DNA of 64,000 nt from Mizuhopecten yessoensis (GCF_002113885.1 NW_018407994.1:274690-338689), one strand, 5' to 3'; shown: positions 42,901 through 54,975, counted from the first letter of the stretch. Numbers and translations are program-made. The notes: generated by a model from the sequence alone, not told the origin.

Positions 42901-44021
42901 TTGGCTTTGTCAGAAATATATATGGAATGACAGGACATTTCCACAATAAACATTAATAGTTAAACGAACAGGTGGTAAGTTCAACACAATCCTGTTTGTG
43001 CATAATAGGAATAATAATAACCTTAATGTCTAACATTGCTGTTGACATATAGCTATAGGTGCATTATGTAGATGACTACCTGTCTGCATGGTTATGGCGA
43101 AATAGCACATAAAAAGCCATTTACCTGTCACACACGCACGGGCTCATATATATACACCACTGCTAACCTGTGCACATAATTGTCACATCTTAGATCACCC
43201 TTTACAATCAACAAAGCAGGGCCGCATAATGACACAAGACGGACTCAGTACAAGACATAAAACTTCTAAGCTTTACATTACAGCTAGTACACATATTATA
43301 TATTTCTGTTTACAAGGAAAATATAAGAAGCAAACAGTTACACAGAGCACATAATGCTTTAACCAAAGGATAGGCTAGGTAAGAAGCTACATGTATCTAT
43401 AAAAAAACCATCCAATTGCTGGACTGTGTAAAGGAGAAACCTACCACCACATAAAATAAATCAATAAAACAAAGAGGTTACAACACGAAACAACATCCAT
43501 GTCCAACAACATCTTACTAGATAGCCCAAGCCACAGTGCGAACGACAGAGGGTGTGAAATGCACATGCGTTGTGTAGGAATACCTGTGTGGGCTTGAGTG
43601 GTGATGTGGGAGCTAGGGGATCAAACAGGAGTGCATCCTCGTCGCTGAGGGAACCCACGCTGGATTTAGACTGGCGCGACGGTGTCAAGTCTATCTGACC
43701 AGGTATAACGTCCAGTGGTTGCCAGGGAGATGTGGGCGTTATGGCTGATTTACCAGTGGTCAGAGTATTAGATCCCTGATCAGCGACATCGTCCATTTTG
43801 AACAGACAGAAATCACCATCCTTTGAGAATTCCTTCTGTTCACTATCGTCAGTGGATGACTCTGTAGTTGGGGCACCAAAATCTAACAGCAGAGAATTAG
43901 ATGTATTCGATACTCCGGGTCTATTTACCACCTGAATCGCACCTGCTGAGCTCTGATTAGCAGCAGCTGGACCAAAGTCTAAATCCAGTAAGTCATCAAT
44001 AGATGATGTTGATGATGTCAT
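461..44021 (-). CDS. Large disordered TNKS1BP1/KIAA1671-like protein, 3'-partial: complement(join(461..551,2280..2458,3070..3297,3737..4853,5518..5666,5879..6026,6894..6941,9812..10177,12011..12112,14296..14466,43584..44021))
   Basis: Eleven exons, each bounded by AG/GT, join in one open frame (~1010 aa). The segment LDFNDVG-DTSHLD...FQDTTE...PSS..EEE...LPGL resembles the recalled TNKS1BP1 C-terminal DFSFIEDTEILD...FQDSTE...PSSDEE...FPGL. The gene model is solid; the family call is moderate. Confidence 0.85.
944..2054. mobile_element. Non-autonomous TIR DNA transposon with a nested, 3'-truncated HINE (~1125-1770)
   Basis: ta|CCGTAAAGCAGGATATTTCCACGG at the left matches the reverse complement of CCGCGTAAATAACCTGCTATACGG at the right; internal ACAAGAGGCCC...GTCACCTG HINE start. 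Confidence 0.7.
2280..2458 (-). CDS. Minus-strand gene exon (GTKDQYVPSWLK...IPQWKRDLAERRKLRKENSVDTP)
   Basis: aaatag / gtacat, phase 1-0. Confidence 0.9.
2508..2599. mobile_element. TTAA-flanked 91-bp MITE, subfamily A (others at 29681-29771, 30322-30414, 36479-36569, 63225-63315)
   Basis: TTAA-CTCATTCACCCCTG...CAGGGGTGAATGAG-TTAA. Confidence 0.88.
3070..3297 (-). CDS. Minus-strand gene exon (NQSKTPGDGKPQWTDMPRLRKTPNG...RERTPVS)
   Basis: tttaaag acceptor (an in-frame CAG alternative would start the exon at 3276), gtaagt donor, phase 1-1. Confidence 0.85.
3737..4853 (-). CDS. Minus-strand gene 1117-nt exon with FxxPxL[KR] repeats
   Basis: gtacag / gtgaga, phase 0-1; lies within the 395-aa ORF. 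Confidence 0.93.
5518..5666 (-). CDS. Minus-strand gene exon (TKQSPSSE...MMPLPGLGQ)
   Basis: ttccag / gtgggt, phase 1-0. Confidence 0.9.
5879..6026 (-). CDS. Minus-strand gene exon (DTSHLDVNIGKQKTSLRKKGSLARRRKPTR...FQDTT)
   Basis: ctgtag / gtgggt, phase 0-1; core of the TNKS1BP1-C-like segment. Confidence 0.9.
6894..6941 (-). CDS. Minus-strand gene exon (NSKLKREASLDFNDVG)
   Basis: ttttag / gtaaat, 16 codons. Confidence 0.82.
7146..7506 (-). mobile_element. tRNA-derived SINE (Meta-core-like)
   Basis: A/B-box-like head; TGTTGTATCTTTGAGCAAGATACTTTAC core; CTCCCCAGGGAG; (TTA)n tail; second copy at ~40400. Confidence 0.85.
8014..8872 (+). mobile_element. Non-autonomous Helentron-associated (HINE/pearl-like) element
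   Basis: AACAAGAGGCCC start; GCTCACCTG/CAGGTGAGC subterminal inverted repeats; internal ~305-bp repeats with TGACCTTGA; GGAC microsatellite; 3' hairpin plus A-run. Confidence 0.85.
9812..10177 (-). CDS. Minus-strand gene acidic exon (ITDASFNAMAAQSKK...MDDSTTE)
   Basis: tgacag / gtgagt, 122 codons. Confidence 0.9.
12011..12112 (-). CDS. Minus-strand gene exon (TMERSFEDLLAGLEEDDLDADIDDILTTGSLSPQ)
   Basis: caccag / gtttgt, 34 codons, phase 0-0. Confidence 0.85.
12877..13068. mobile_element. ~190-bp palindromic MITE
   Basis: ~60-bp TIRs (TATTGCAGAGTTATCTTCTCTTGTGAGCAGGTATTGATTGTTA); second copy at 24182. Confidence 0.88.
14296..14466 (-). CDS. Minus-strand gene exon (ETSESEPTLKKW...NLLDF...MADPKRGKLNR)
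   Basis: taacag / gtgaga, 57 codons, phase 0-0. Confidence 0.85.
14547..14711. repeat. ~83-bp tandem duplication
   Basis: AGGTCAGTCTA...CCAATAGGCCGAAA...CCCGTGAAAACTATGA occurs twice. Confidence 0.85.
16645..16780. repeat. 30-bp tandem repeat, ~4.5 copies
   Basis: ATTCAAATGTGTCATCAATTCTTGTGTACT. Confidence 0.9.
17800..19850. repeat. 60-bp satellite array, ~33 copies
   Basis: CAACACAAGTTGTCCCCAAGGCCAGGACTCAAACCTGAGCTTACCTTTACCTTAGAGGTT; copies line up in 60-column register. Confidence 0.97.
20333..20423. mobile_element. TTAA-flanked 91-bp MITE, subfamily B (others at 2851-2941, 10476-10566, 23292-23382, 31772-31862)
   Basis: TTAA-CCCTTTCA...TGAAAGGG-TTAA; piggyBac-like ends. Confidence 0.88.
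24182..24367. mobile_element. ~186-bp palindromic MITE, opposite orientation
   Basis: Same TIRs as 12877-13068. Confidence 0.88.
24901..24989. mobile_element. TTAA-flanked ~91-bp MITE, subfamily C (others at 29518-29608 and partial 52562-52635)
   Basis: Same termini; different spacer sequences. Confidence 0.82.
26417..26476 (-). CDS. Candidate alternative first coding exon MGNKVSKKCSCCCGKYRYRQ
   Basis: aaactATGG Kozak context, 20 codons, CAG/GTATGT phase-0 donor compatible with the exon at 14466; myristoylation consensus plus Cys cluster. Confidence 0.68.
28020..28630. repeat. 57/58-bp minisatellite, ~10 copies, alternating dimer; related degenerate units at ~27610-27740
   Basis: ATTTGTGTTA(A)GAGTGACTTCCCTTAAGGATATATGCTACCT[CT]ACACATTATTCCTG[TA/AG]. 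Confidence 0.95.
32543..32744. repeat. 100-bp tandem duplication
   Basis: GTCAGGCCTTAATTAAC...CCCAGCAATGTC occurs twice, nearly identical. Confidence 0.93.
35550..36210. repeat. ~117-bp tandem repeat, ~6 copies
   Basis: GACAGGTGATCTTTATAAAGAGGTTCAAATTC recurs at ~35588, 35710, 35827, 35944, 36061 and 36178. Confidence 0.93.
36950..36971. repeat. (TG)n microsatellite preceded by (TA)n
   Basis: Directly visible. Confidence 0.9.
37681..38715 (+). mobile_element. HINE-like element with ~150-bp internal tandem units; contains the assembly gap
   Basis: Same termini as 8014-8872; GGACGC repeats; TGGCAC-TTC-GTGCCA hairpin. Confidence 0.85.
38073..38196. other. Assembly gap (124 N)
   Basis: Run of n. 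Confidence 0.99.
40400..40940 (-). mobile_element. Same tRNA-SINE (40400-40752) plus two tandem extra copies of its head
   Basis: Homologous to 7146-7506; B box GGTTCGAGTC; head repeated with ~92-bp period. Confidence 0.85.
41016..41750. repeat. 52-bp minisatellite, ~14 copies
   Basis: ATTCATTCATTTCGACAGTATCTCCCTAGGTACTCATCCTATTATTGAGCGT. Confidence 0.96.
42064..42300. repeat. ~18-20-bp minisatellite TTCCATGTCC[TA]TATTATA
   Basis: About 12 tandem copies, followed by inverted ACATGGAA copies at 42315-42450. Confidence 0.92.
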
Positions 44022-44039
44022 CTTCCTGCCTATCCTCTC
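43584..44039 (-). CDS. Minus-strand gene: first major coding exon (MTSSTSSIDDLLDLDFG...LLFDPLAPTSPLKPTQ)
   Basis: ttgtcag acceptor, ATG at 44021 with AAG-ATG context, CAG/gtattc phase-0 donor. Confidence 0.82.
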
Positions 44040-47000
44040 CTGACAAACAAATTGATTATATACAGAATGTGTTGAGTACCAATGACACTGTCATGTCACC
44101 CTCAGTCACAGGGTGTCGTAGACCTGTTTTGACAGATATCCGAGGCTGAGGTTTCTGATGTCACAGGGGGACCCGGGAATTCCTCCTAATCCCGTCACAC
44201 ATACGCACAAAGGAAAAGCTAGATCCTGTCCCAATCGGCCGTGTTTACATCCGAAAATTCCTCAGCCTTGTAACACACAGTATACCTTGTGTGTTGTGCA
44301 GCAATTTCACGGCACAGTTAATCCAGGACCGACATGCACTTTATCAAATCTTTCAGTTATAAAATTCAGTTGAACCTAAGGTATTATTTAAATCCCAAAT
44401 TCCTTTATAGAGTACAAGCACTTCTTTTCTGTTGTAAATACCTGTAACAGTAGTTCTGATATATATCAGAGAGTCAAGAGAATTCCTATCATATAGTTAA
44501 AATATAATGAATCACATTTATTGGCTGCAATAAAACAAAGTGAAGTATTATTGACATCTTTACGAATTTTAGCACAGGTCCTTACAGTATTCACCAGTGT
44601 ATTGTTTCAGGATTTTATCTTCAAAAGTATTTATTTAATTTTTCATTCTTGTCTCAGTTTTTTACACAGTTTTTTCACAGAATTCAGTGCATTATTTTAA
44701 TATTTCATTACATAAGTTTACTTATTTGTAGAGTTCTTTAATCTTGCATACAAAATTTGCCATAACTCAGGGTGCTTATTTAACAGATTGAGTGAGGAGG
44801 GCACTTATTCGGAAAACAATAAGTTATGGCAGTTGCTGCGTGTATAGACAATGTTAGACATATTCCAAGAGAATGTTCCACAATTGTTCACTCCATTTTT
44901 CTGAAACACTGCAAGATGGTCCTAATCTTGAAAGTGAGCTGTCTGATATTAAGTGTATGTGCATGTGCATAAATCACCACTCCTATTATGCGACTTATTT
45001 ATATCTACCTTCATGTACTAAAAAATAGTCAGTCTCATTTTATAGTAATATCTGCCTTTATTTTATTTCATTTTTTTACAGTGTATTAGACTTTTTTTTT
45101 AGATTTTTATGCTCTGTGATATATGTCAAGGATTGAATTAAGAAACCTTTTATTATGATAGATCTGTTTTTATTCTCAATCTTAATACAAAATACTCTTT
45201 TCATTTACAAGCTGCATTGTGTTAATTGTATGTTTTATTCTAAATTGTGATATCTTGTAATAATATGGCTATTTTACCTGAATAAATATTATTATTATTA
45301 TTATTATGTTTCTATAGTACTATATTTTGTTACCCAGTGGGCCAGGGTGGAGATTGTTAAGATTTTATTTCAAAAATGTGGAAGGATGCTTAATTATAAG
45401 GGAAGAGGCTGTAATTGCAATAAATATGGTAAGTTTTTATACTATTCAATGTATTAATTTGGAAGTGTGTTCAAGAAGTTTATGGGGCAGTAATTGAAAC
45501 AAATTCGGTAATGTTTCATGCTATTCAGTGTTTTATTTAGGAAGTAGTATTCCAGAAGTTTATCTTTTATCACAGATAAGAGCACTTGTCGGTCGTCGGG
45601 TGTATATATATCCTTTCCCTCTCAGGAGAAGCACTTAGAGATAGCGTGAGGTCTTACAAACATAGGTAGCTAAAGGAAGTTAATAGTTTATATAGACATC
45701 ACAACATGTCTGTATATCCACAGCATCGCCTGCTCATAGCCATACACAAACACTGCTTCAAATGGTAAAACGTGAAATTTAACAAGTCAATCAACACACA
45801 ACTGGGATATATATATATGTGTATGTGTGTGTACATAGTATACTCGGGACAGTGACAAGGGACGATATATAGGGTGTGCAAATGAATTTAACTGCCTGCA
45901 AATAAAATATATATTTTTATAAAATGCTTTATGTAAATTAGGTTGTAAATGATGACATGGGGTTTCGGTAGCATGCATAATAAACAGTTGGGAACATGCT
46001 ATTCCAGTTTTACTTAGCCTACAAAAGGTAAAAGATTATGGATTGTTCCAGTCTAGACCACTTTTAAACCTGTTACAGAGTATTCTATTAAAGATCAGTA
46101 TTATATAGGACCTGCCGTGTGCATGTTACAAGCACAAATCTCAAAACCTAATGCAATTCAATATCAAGGTAAATTTATACACAAATATATTCACATATTT
46201 CACCCAATAAACAAGCATGTACATCAGCAGGCTTATTCTTGTTTTAAAAGTTGCAAATAAGGAATGTGACTGTCAATGAATAGTACTGAAATTTCATACT
46301 GTCTATTTATACTTAAGAGAAAAATATTGTTCGATAAAAACATTGATTTAATCAGTATGTGAATCATTTTTGCTTTTGGAGCGAACTTTCAATAACAAGC
46401 TGTTTATTTTTATAAGAAGAAAACAATGAATAAAGTACTTGCCAACTTTTTGAAATTTCCATGAGGGAGATTACACGTGGTCAGAATTATAAAATGTGTG
46501 TATGTACAGGAACACTCTTTCAGGTAAAATCATCGGATCGTAGAAAATGGGAACAGTTTAGAAAATTCACTGATTAAAAATGTTCCATTTTAGGGTCCAA
46601 AATCAGTAGTTTCCCTCCTAAATAGGGAGAGTTGGCAAATATGAAATCACATTTATTACGGACCAATCTAAACAATATTGACATTCTTAGGTATCTTTTT
46701 CAGTTACTCACCAATAAATAATAAGAAAGTTACATTGAACATTTACTTCACTCATGCTTCACAAAGACCAACAGGTTACAATCACGTCTTTTAAAAAAAA
46801 AAAATAACAAAATACTTCCAGTAACCTTATTGCTATAATGAACTATGTTAAATATTTTTAACTGTATTTAAATATCCTTTAAAGATTTATATCCGAGTAA
46901 TTTAAAACTTTTTATGTATGTATCATGAATTATTTACAAGTTATCGTAACATTCTCAGTTGTATGATTTTGAAATGATTTAGCATGACAATATGTATGGA

Positions 47001-49095
47001 ATTTCACTAGTTTTAAGACTATATTAGAAGTAATTGATATATTTTTTTTCAATTCATTACATAATAAAGACGGAGCAATTGATTATCAAGTTATTTATGG
47101 ACAGACATACATGTGCATCTCCTGTGACTTACCTGACAAAGCTTGGTTACGACAACAGGGCTATCATTCTTGTTCAGCTTGTATATCCAATCAAATCATC
47201 TGTGGAATATAGAAAAAAGTCCTATATATATATATATAGTACAGCACACACATTGTGGAAGTCAAATGTTCTTGTGAAATACGAAACAAGTATAATTATG
47301 ATACTTCAGCAATCACAGAAATCAATTTAATCCTCCTGGATCACGTTGTATAAAGTGTCATTAGCTGAACAGGAGGTTAATGTTATCATTTGTTTAAAAC
47401 TAAAGTTGTTTGGAGATAAGACAATCACCTGAAGACAAGAAATAATTGATGGTAAATTTTTAGATATATTCCTAAAAAATAACCCCTCCGATGTCACATT
47501 AGACTATGAACAACTGTGCCTGCTCTTAGGATTCTAATGAATATGAGGTTAAGAGATTCAAGCAAGTTGATTACACACATCAGTCGTGTATTGTTTACGC
47601 AGAAAAGTGGCGAGTTGGTGTGTATAAACATGGACTTCAGTGATCGATAGCTTGTATTTGTAGTAATAGTTATAGAAATCAAGTAGATTTCAAGAATATT
47701 TACAGTCAATTTACCCACAGCAAAAACATTTTCATCAATTCTGCCCAAAGTTTTTATATCTTTTTCATAACAAACCCTACAGCAACATCAGATTAACAGC
47801 ACAATACTAATTTATTAAGTTTGAGTTACATTGATTATCCTACTACTGAGAAGGTTTAGTTCCATATATTTGAAATTGAAAAAATCCAGATAATATAAGG
47901 TCATTCTAAATATACAATAAAGTAATTTATAATGAGGTTAAAACATATCACCTCTGCTTTTTTAAATAAAACTGCCCTCTCCCCGTCCCCCCTCCCTACC
48001 CCACGATTTCAGTATATACTTTTTGTATCATAGGCCAATGTAAATAAACGTTATCATTTTATCACAGGTCCGATCCTAAGTGTATCACTCGTGGACTTTC
48101 TAAAGTAAACACTGGATATTATCTACAAAGTAACACATCGACAGCAGGTTAGCTTGAAGGACACTGAGTGTTACAACCTGCTCAAGTTGACTAATAGCTA
48201 CCAGAGTATGTTAAGGGCTTGTATCTTTCTAAGTTTAACCTTAGCTTGACGAAATTACAATCTGCTCCTTCTCGATGCACACCTGCACCATGCATACACA
48301 CTCAAATACACCAGAAATACTCTAAGGCCGGTCCATTTGTTTTTTAGGTGTTTGAAAGACGTCTATATATATCTGATACAGAGAATCAAGAAAGCATTAA
48401 ACTGCAATCTTACTAGAAGATCATGTCATAATAACCCAATAAATCACATGTTATATTGACTTTGCAGTGATTTGCTTTGCTCAGTTTCTCAGCCAAAAAT
48501 ACAGGCTGTTTCCCCTCACTAAAAAAAGTGCCTTATTTTCCTAAAATGACCCAAATGAAGAATATATTCCCAATTTTTCAATTAAGATAATGTTATGTTT
48601 TCCCATTAATAAAGAAACAAGCTGTGGTTAAATTTAGGTAAAAATACAGTTCATGCCAGCCAGGTCTTGTTCAACTTCTAATGCTGTGCATTTGACGAAA
48701 GAGAAAAGTAAATACCATATTTTTTTTAAAGATATATATATAAGATAAGATATATATTTCAGTGTTTTAAGAAACACTCTGGCACGCAATGGAAAATATA
48801 ACAACTTTTAAAAAGTATTTACCCGGTAATCATTTGAAATGCTCATCTCAACGAACAATCTGAGCACTATATATTTGAATGGTCATATTTATGATGAATT
48901 TCCCAATCACTGAATTTTGTATAGTTGAACAAGAACGAAATTGCAATCTTCCATCTGAAATATACATGAAAACTGAAGAAAGCAGAATATCATAAAATAA
49001 ACACAAATTTCAATTACAGTGACCTCTTTTGTAATTATACACAGTTGTTCGTTGAATTTTTTTTTCATTTAAAAGAAAATGAAATTAGAATAAGC

Positions 49096-50692
49096 TCAGG
49101 ACCCGCTGGAAACGCCACAGGAAGGTAAAAATGTAAACTCAAATCCCAGCCAATGGCCTGCCAGGGACACCACAAGAAGGTAAGGTAAAAATGTAAACTC
49201 TAATCCCAGCCAATGGCCTGCCAGGGACACTACTGGAAGGTAAGGTAAAAATGTAAACTCTATTCCCAACCAATGGCCTGCCAGGGACGCCACAGGAAGG
49301 TAAAAATGAAAACTCTTTTCCCAGCCAATGGCCTGCCAGGGACGCCACAGGAAGGTCAAAATGATAACTCTATTCCCAACCAATAGCCTGCCAGGGACGC
49401 CACAGGAAGGTAAAAATCTAAACTCTAATCCCAGCCAATGGCCTGCCAGGGACACCCCAGGAAGGTAAAAATGTAAACTCTATTTCCAGCCAATGGCCTG
49501 ACAGGGACACCACAGGAAGGTAAAAAAGACAACCCTATTCCCAGCCAATGGCCTGCCAGGGACCCCACAGGAAGGTAAAAATGTAAACTCAAATCCCAGC
49601 CAATGGCCTGCCAGGGACACTACTGGAAGGTAAGGAAAAAATGTAAACTCTAATCCCAGCCAATGGCATGACAGGGACACCACAGGAAGGGAAAAATGTA
49701 AACTCTAATCCCAGCCAATGGCATGACAGGGACACCACAGGAAGGTAAAAAAGACAACCCTATTCCCAGCCAATGGCCTGCCAGGGACGCCACAGGAAGG
49801 TAAAAATCTAAACTCTAATCCCAGCCAATGGCCTGACAGGGACACCACAGGAAGGTAAAAATGAAACCTCTATTCCCAGCCAATGGCCTGCCAGGGCCAC
49901 CACAAGAAGGTAAGGTAAAAATGTAAACTCTATTCCCAACCAATGGCCTGCCAGGGACGCCACAGGAAGGTAAAAATGTAAACTCAAATCCCAGCCAATG
50001 GCCTGCCAGGGACACCACAGGAAGGTAAAAATGTAAACTCTATTCCCAGCCAATGGCATGACAGGGACACCACAGGAAGGTAAAAATGAAAACTCTATTC
50101 CCAGCCAATGGCCTGCCAGGGACCCCACAGGAAGGTAAAAATGAAAACTCTAATCCCAGCCAATGGCCTGCCAGGGACACCCCAGGAAGGTAAAAATGTA
50201 AACTCTATTTCCAGCCAATGGCCTGCCAGGGACACCACAGGAAGGTAAAAATGTAAACTCTAATCCCAGCCAATGGCATGACAGGGACACCACAGGAAGG
50301 TAAAAATGTAAACTCTAATCCCAGCCAAGGGCCTGCCAGGGACACCACAGGAAGGTAAAAATGAAAACTCTATTCCCAGCCAATGGCCTGACAGGGACAC
50401 CACAGGAAGATAAAAATGTAAACTCTAATCCCAGACAATGGACGGTCAGGAACGCCACAGGAAGGTAAAAATGTAAACTCTATTTCCAGCCAATGGCCTG
50501 ACAGGGACACCACAGGAAGGTAAAAATGTAAACTCTATTCCCAGCCAATGGCCTGACAGGGACACCACAGGAAGGTAAAAATGTAAACTCTATTTCCAGC
50601 CAATGGCCTGCCAGGGACACCACAGGAAGGTAAAAATGAAAACTCTATTCCCAGCCAATGGCCTGACAGGGACACCACAGGAAGGTAAAATG
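49096..50692. repeat. 55/60-bp satellite array, ~28 copies
   Basis: AAGGTAAAAATGTAAACTCTAATCCCAGCCAATGGCCTGCCAGGGACACCACAGG, with or without a TAAGG insert. Confidence 0.97.
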
Positions 50693-53600
50693 GAAAGCTG
50701 AAGAAGGTATACTAACAGCAGATATACGGGTTGATATATCTGTATGTAAATAAAGATAAATAAACAGGTCAGGTGACAGATGTCCACAAATCCAGGTATA
50801 AACTGCAATACACAGCCTTACAGGGGAATATCAGCACTCACAATCACAAGACTTATGTGCCAATATTAGAAACACACTAGAAAGACTATTATGATGTTAG
50901 TCAGCCCAGCTGGAGTATTAAAATATTCAAATAATATCAAAGGGTTATGAACATAAAGAAAGCCTCAAGATTTATCCTGAAGCCAACCACCCAGAACAAG
51001 TGGGTCAATTTACATTCAAGCCAGAAGTACATACTTTTTGAAGGAGATAAGTTTTATACTTTCGGTAGATGTTAATTCATTTATCACATAGTTCTGGGAT
51101 GGGTTTTTTAAGCTAGTATGATAATGCAGTTGTGAAGCTAATAAATGTTTATGGACATGCATGTATATATGAATGAACGGCACATTTTATCAAGTTTTCA
51201 TTACTTTGTATTAACATTCACAATTTGTGAAATACTACATAACATACGTGCTTATGATGCTTCTAACTAACTTTTAAGAAACTCAATGTAACATTTGTGT
51301 ATAACAACCAGGGATGTACAACACCACAATTAAGTCCAATGCCAATAGCCAGAAGATTTTATGTTTAGGCTAGTGACTATTTTCAACATTAAGTACTAAA
51401 ATATAGGCCATATGCTAGTAAAACAATCAAAATCCACCAGGCTAATACTATAAACATGAAATTGTATACAGGAGAAGAGGTTTTTTTAGATCTATTTTTA
51501 ACAGTTCACATCCAAGATTTGTTACAGAAGTAGAAAAGAGTATTCAGCATTTATGCATCACAAAGAAACGTACATCTTTCAAACTTTGCTTTCAAATAGA
51601 ACATATAAGTACATAATTGGAAATGTGGTACATCAGCATGTGTAATTTCAGTCTTTACTTTCAAGTCTTCGCATTTTCACTTTAAGCAATTAAAAACATG
51701 GAAAATGTCACTTCATTAGGAATCCATCAATATTTTAACCCTAATCAGTAACTGAATTACCACCAATGCAAAAGATTTCTACAAGGATATTGACATTGAA
51801 AACTAAAAAAGTTTCTGTTAAAAGAAACTGTAATGAGTTTTCATTATTAATATTTTATGCCATGTTTTAAAAAGATTGGCATGAACTGTGATGCTCCCTC
51901 AATTGCCAGCATTCTTGTACTAATCAAATTTAAATTTGTCGAACTGAATTCAGACCCAGAGCTAGCCCTGATCCAGCACATTTCACAAAATAAATGCAAT
52001 GTCGTTAAAAAATGATCAGACGGAATGCCATCACATCAATTATTCAATGCTTGCTCCTTCTGTTTTAAGAATTGACGAAAAAGCAGACAACAAGAATGGT
52101 TGGCATACCATGATGTTGAAAGTTGTGCAATAAATTACTATGACAAGATGAATACATTTAGAGACATTAATTTGATAAGTGTGGAAAAACAAGACATGAT
52201 CAGAAAGCATTGAGACACCAAAAGACAGTAGGAAAACTTGATCAGAAAGCATTGAGACACCAAAAGACAGTAGGAAAACTTAAGTAACTATGCATCAAAT
52301 AGCTTCTTAAAATCAGTTCATAGTCAGGATGCTGGGTAACGGGAAACGTTAGAATGGAATTCATAACTGATATACAGTAATGGGAACTCAACTTTAGTAA
52401 AGACAAGTGACAATAACTTCTAGGGTTTGTCAATTCCTAACTATCTCATTAATTAGAGGGGTGTTATAAGAAGAGCAAACTGTATATTGTGTATAATGGG
52501 GTTGAGATTGGGGCGTAATGATGGAATTCTGGAAGGAATTCACCAATCTAATAGAATGGATTTAACTCATTCACCCCTACATAATTAAACTGGACTTGTC
52601 CAGTCTTTGATATGGTAAGGTTCAAAATGTAGTGGATGGTAGAACGGCTCATGTAACCCAACCAATAGAGTGTAAAGTGATTACGTTTGATTAAGGTGAC
52701 ATGGTATAAACTTTACAGTCAGTACTAGTCATTGAGGTTATATCAAACTGGTTTGGTAGCGAGTAGAAACTTCTCATTCTACCAACCTACTAAAGGATCA
52801 CATAGCAGCAAAACCAGTGGGAATGTCTTACTAGGGCTAACAACTTGGACAATTCTTACTAACCCAACCATGTTCAGGTAACAATCCCTACAAACCAAAC
52901 AGGCCTAATCTCATCCTCAGACCAATTTAACCCGTCCTGTAATATTCAACGACATTTTAGAAATTTATATATATATTTATGATATGTTTTACATAATTTC
53001 TTTAATGAGATTTTCAGTATTTCAGTACTTGATCTAATTTTTGTGTGTATTATCTGTGACATCTGATCTGTTAATGATATTGCTTAACGAATCTGCACAA
53101 CACTGATTGCCTCCTCATGACTGTGCGAGAGGAATTAATCAAGTTTTTTGCTATGCTCATTAAAATTGCATGTTTGAGCATCCCAACAAACACCCTGTAC
53201 AAGAAGCAACACATGTAACTTGGTGATTTAGCATCTCCCAAATCAATAAAACGAATATCAAACAGAAAAACAAATGTTACAAGCTAGGAAACATACCTGT
53301 CTACAGTATGAAATTAAAGCAACATATAATATACACTAATTTATCATATATCCATTTACAAGTTCAAATTCAAATCCTTTATTTCATCTTATATACATCT
53401 CATCGATTCAAAGGAAAATTTCATAATGTTCATTCAAAATCAGCACCGGCTGTAAGATACAATCAGCATATGGAATTTATAATTTAAATACAGGTGTTAA
53501 CGAGGTCTTGTTTCATCTTCTACTTCCTCATTTATATCACTTAGTTTGATGAATGAATTAATCACGTTGATAATTTATCATTAAAAAGATAACTATGATA

Positions 53601-54905
53601 CTAGTAATGATTGAGGTATTTTAGTATAATATGTATACATGTATCCTTGTAAAGAGTTCAAAGAGATGTTTCAGTAAGATAGCAAGAACTATGAACACTT
53701 TTTGAAAATTATTTAATTTATGATTTTCACTTGAAATTGGAGATAAATTTACAAGATCCTTTTATATTACACAAACATTTCAAAACGAAATAAAATTTTC
53801 ATCGAATGTACATATTTGCCAACCTTCTACATTTCCCTGGGGCAGGTGGGAGGAACCATGCGGAGAAATTGACTAAGATTAAGAATGTCTTAAAAAAAGA
53901 GGCACAAGGTCCAATTGGACAAAATTGTAATGCATAAATTGTTATTTTTCTAGCTATTCTGTGCAATGAAAAATTGAATTTGAACAAAAACCTAGATGTA
54001 TGGAATTGTGCTGATTTCCAAAGTTAAAAGTGAAAATGGAAAATCAGGAGAACTAGTGTTCCTCCAAAATAAAGAGACTTGAAAAATATGCATGATTACA
54101 TTATGATTAGTCCATTAAGAGGAAAAAAGTATATGTCAAGTGATTAAGGACACTAAATTTGTTTGAACTGTCATGCAAATCTGAATCTGAATTTTTCCAC
54201 ACTAAAAAGGCCAAGTAGCTGTTGTAAACCTCCATATTTATTACATAACAAATATGTGGTCAGCAAGATTTCAATTAGTAATTAAGATTAGTGTAGTTAT
54301 CCAATCCATGCAAATTATGCTCGTCTGCACTTTTAATATGATAAATAGAGTGCAAAATAAATCACAAAAAGGAAAAATGAGAATGTCTGGTGGTGTAATC
54401 ACAGCGATCTCTTTTAATCTTATAATGATTGATCCAAATTTAGCACCCTTTTTTTAAATGGAAATTCTTTCTAACAACAATATATCACAAGATAACATAT
54501 GAAACTTTTTTTCAGTTCTGTACTGTAGTATGCAGTAGAGAATGGAAACTTCTATTCATCACTGAAATAATTTCAACTAATAATTTGCTGCCCATTGATT
54601 ATATATTATATAATCACGCAAAATGGAATGTTCACAAAATAACATGAAAAAAATCGTTCTATTAAAATACCAAAAGGCTATCCCTTAAAAATTATAGTAC
54701 GATCGTCATTTTTGTAGTTTGCTGTGTATTGAAGCACTGTCAATAACGTGAATACAGGGTACTGTGTTCATACACATTCAGACCCGATAGCATTCATGTT
54801 ATTTTCCCCGTGTCAAATTTTCATAGTGCGATTTCTGAACTTCTAGTTTATGTTTCGGGTTATTTGTTTTGCTGAAGTAAAAACTTCCGCGTTCTCGTGA
54901 CTTAC

Positions 54906-54975
54906 CTGGATAACAATAGAGCAGAGTGCATCCAGGTTGTCTCGCTTGCAGGTGACAGAACTGCGACAGGAAGTG
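54906..54975 (-). other. Probable first (5'UTR) exon of the minus-strand gene; TSS approximate
   Basis: Perfect CAG/GTAAGT donor next to the CpG-containing promoter motif cluster. Confidence 0.65.

Noticed and set aside
44800-45307. Possible LINE 3' end (AATAAA plus (TTA)n)
   Set aside because: The tail is suggestive, but no convincing coding remnant could be read.
49096-50808. Repetitive ORFs (SLAGHWLG...) and a CRISPR-like appearance
   Set aside because: Pure tandem repeat with no unique spacers and no cas genes, in a eukaryotic intron.
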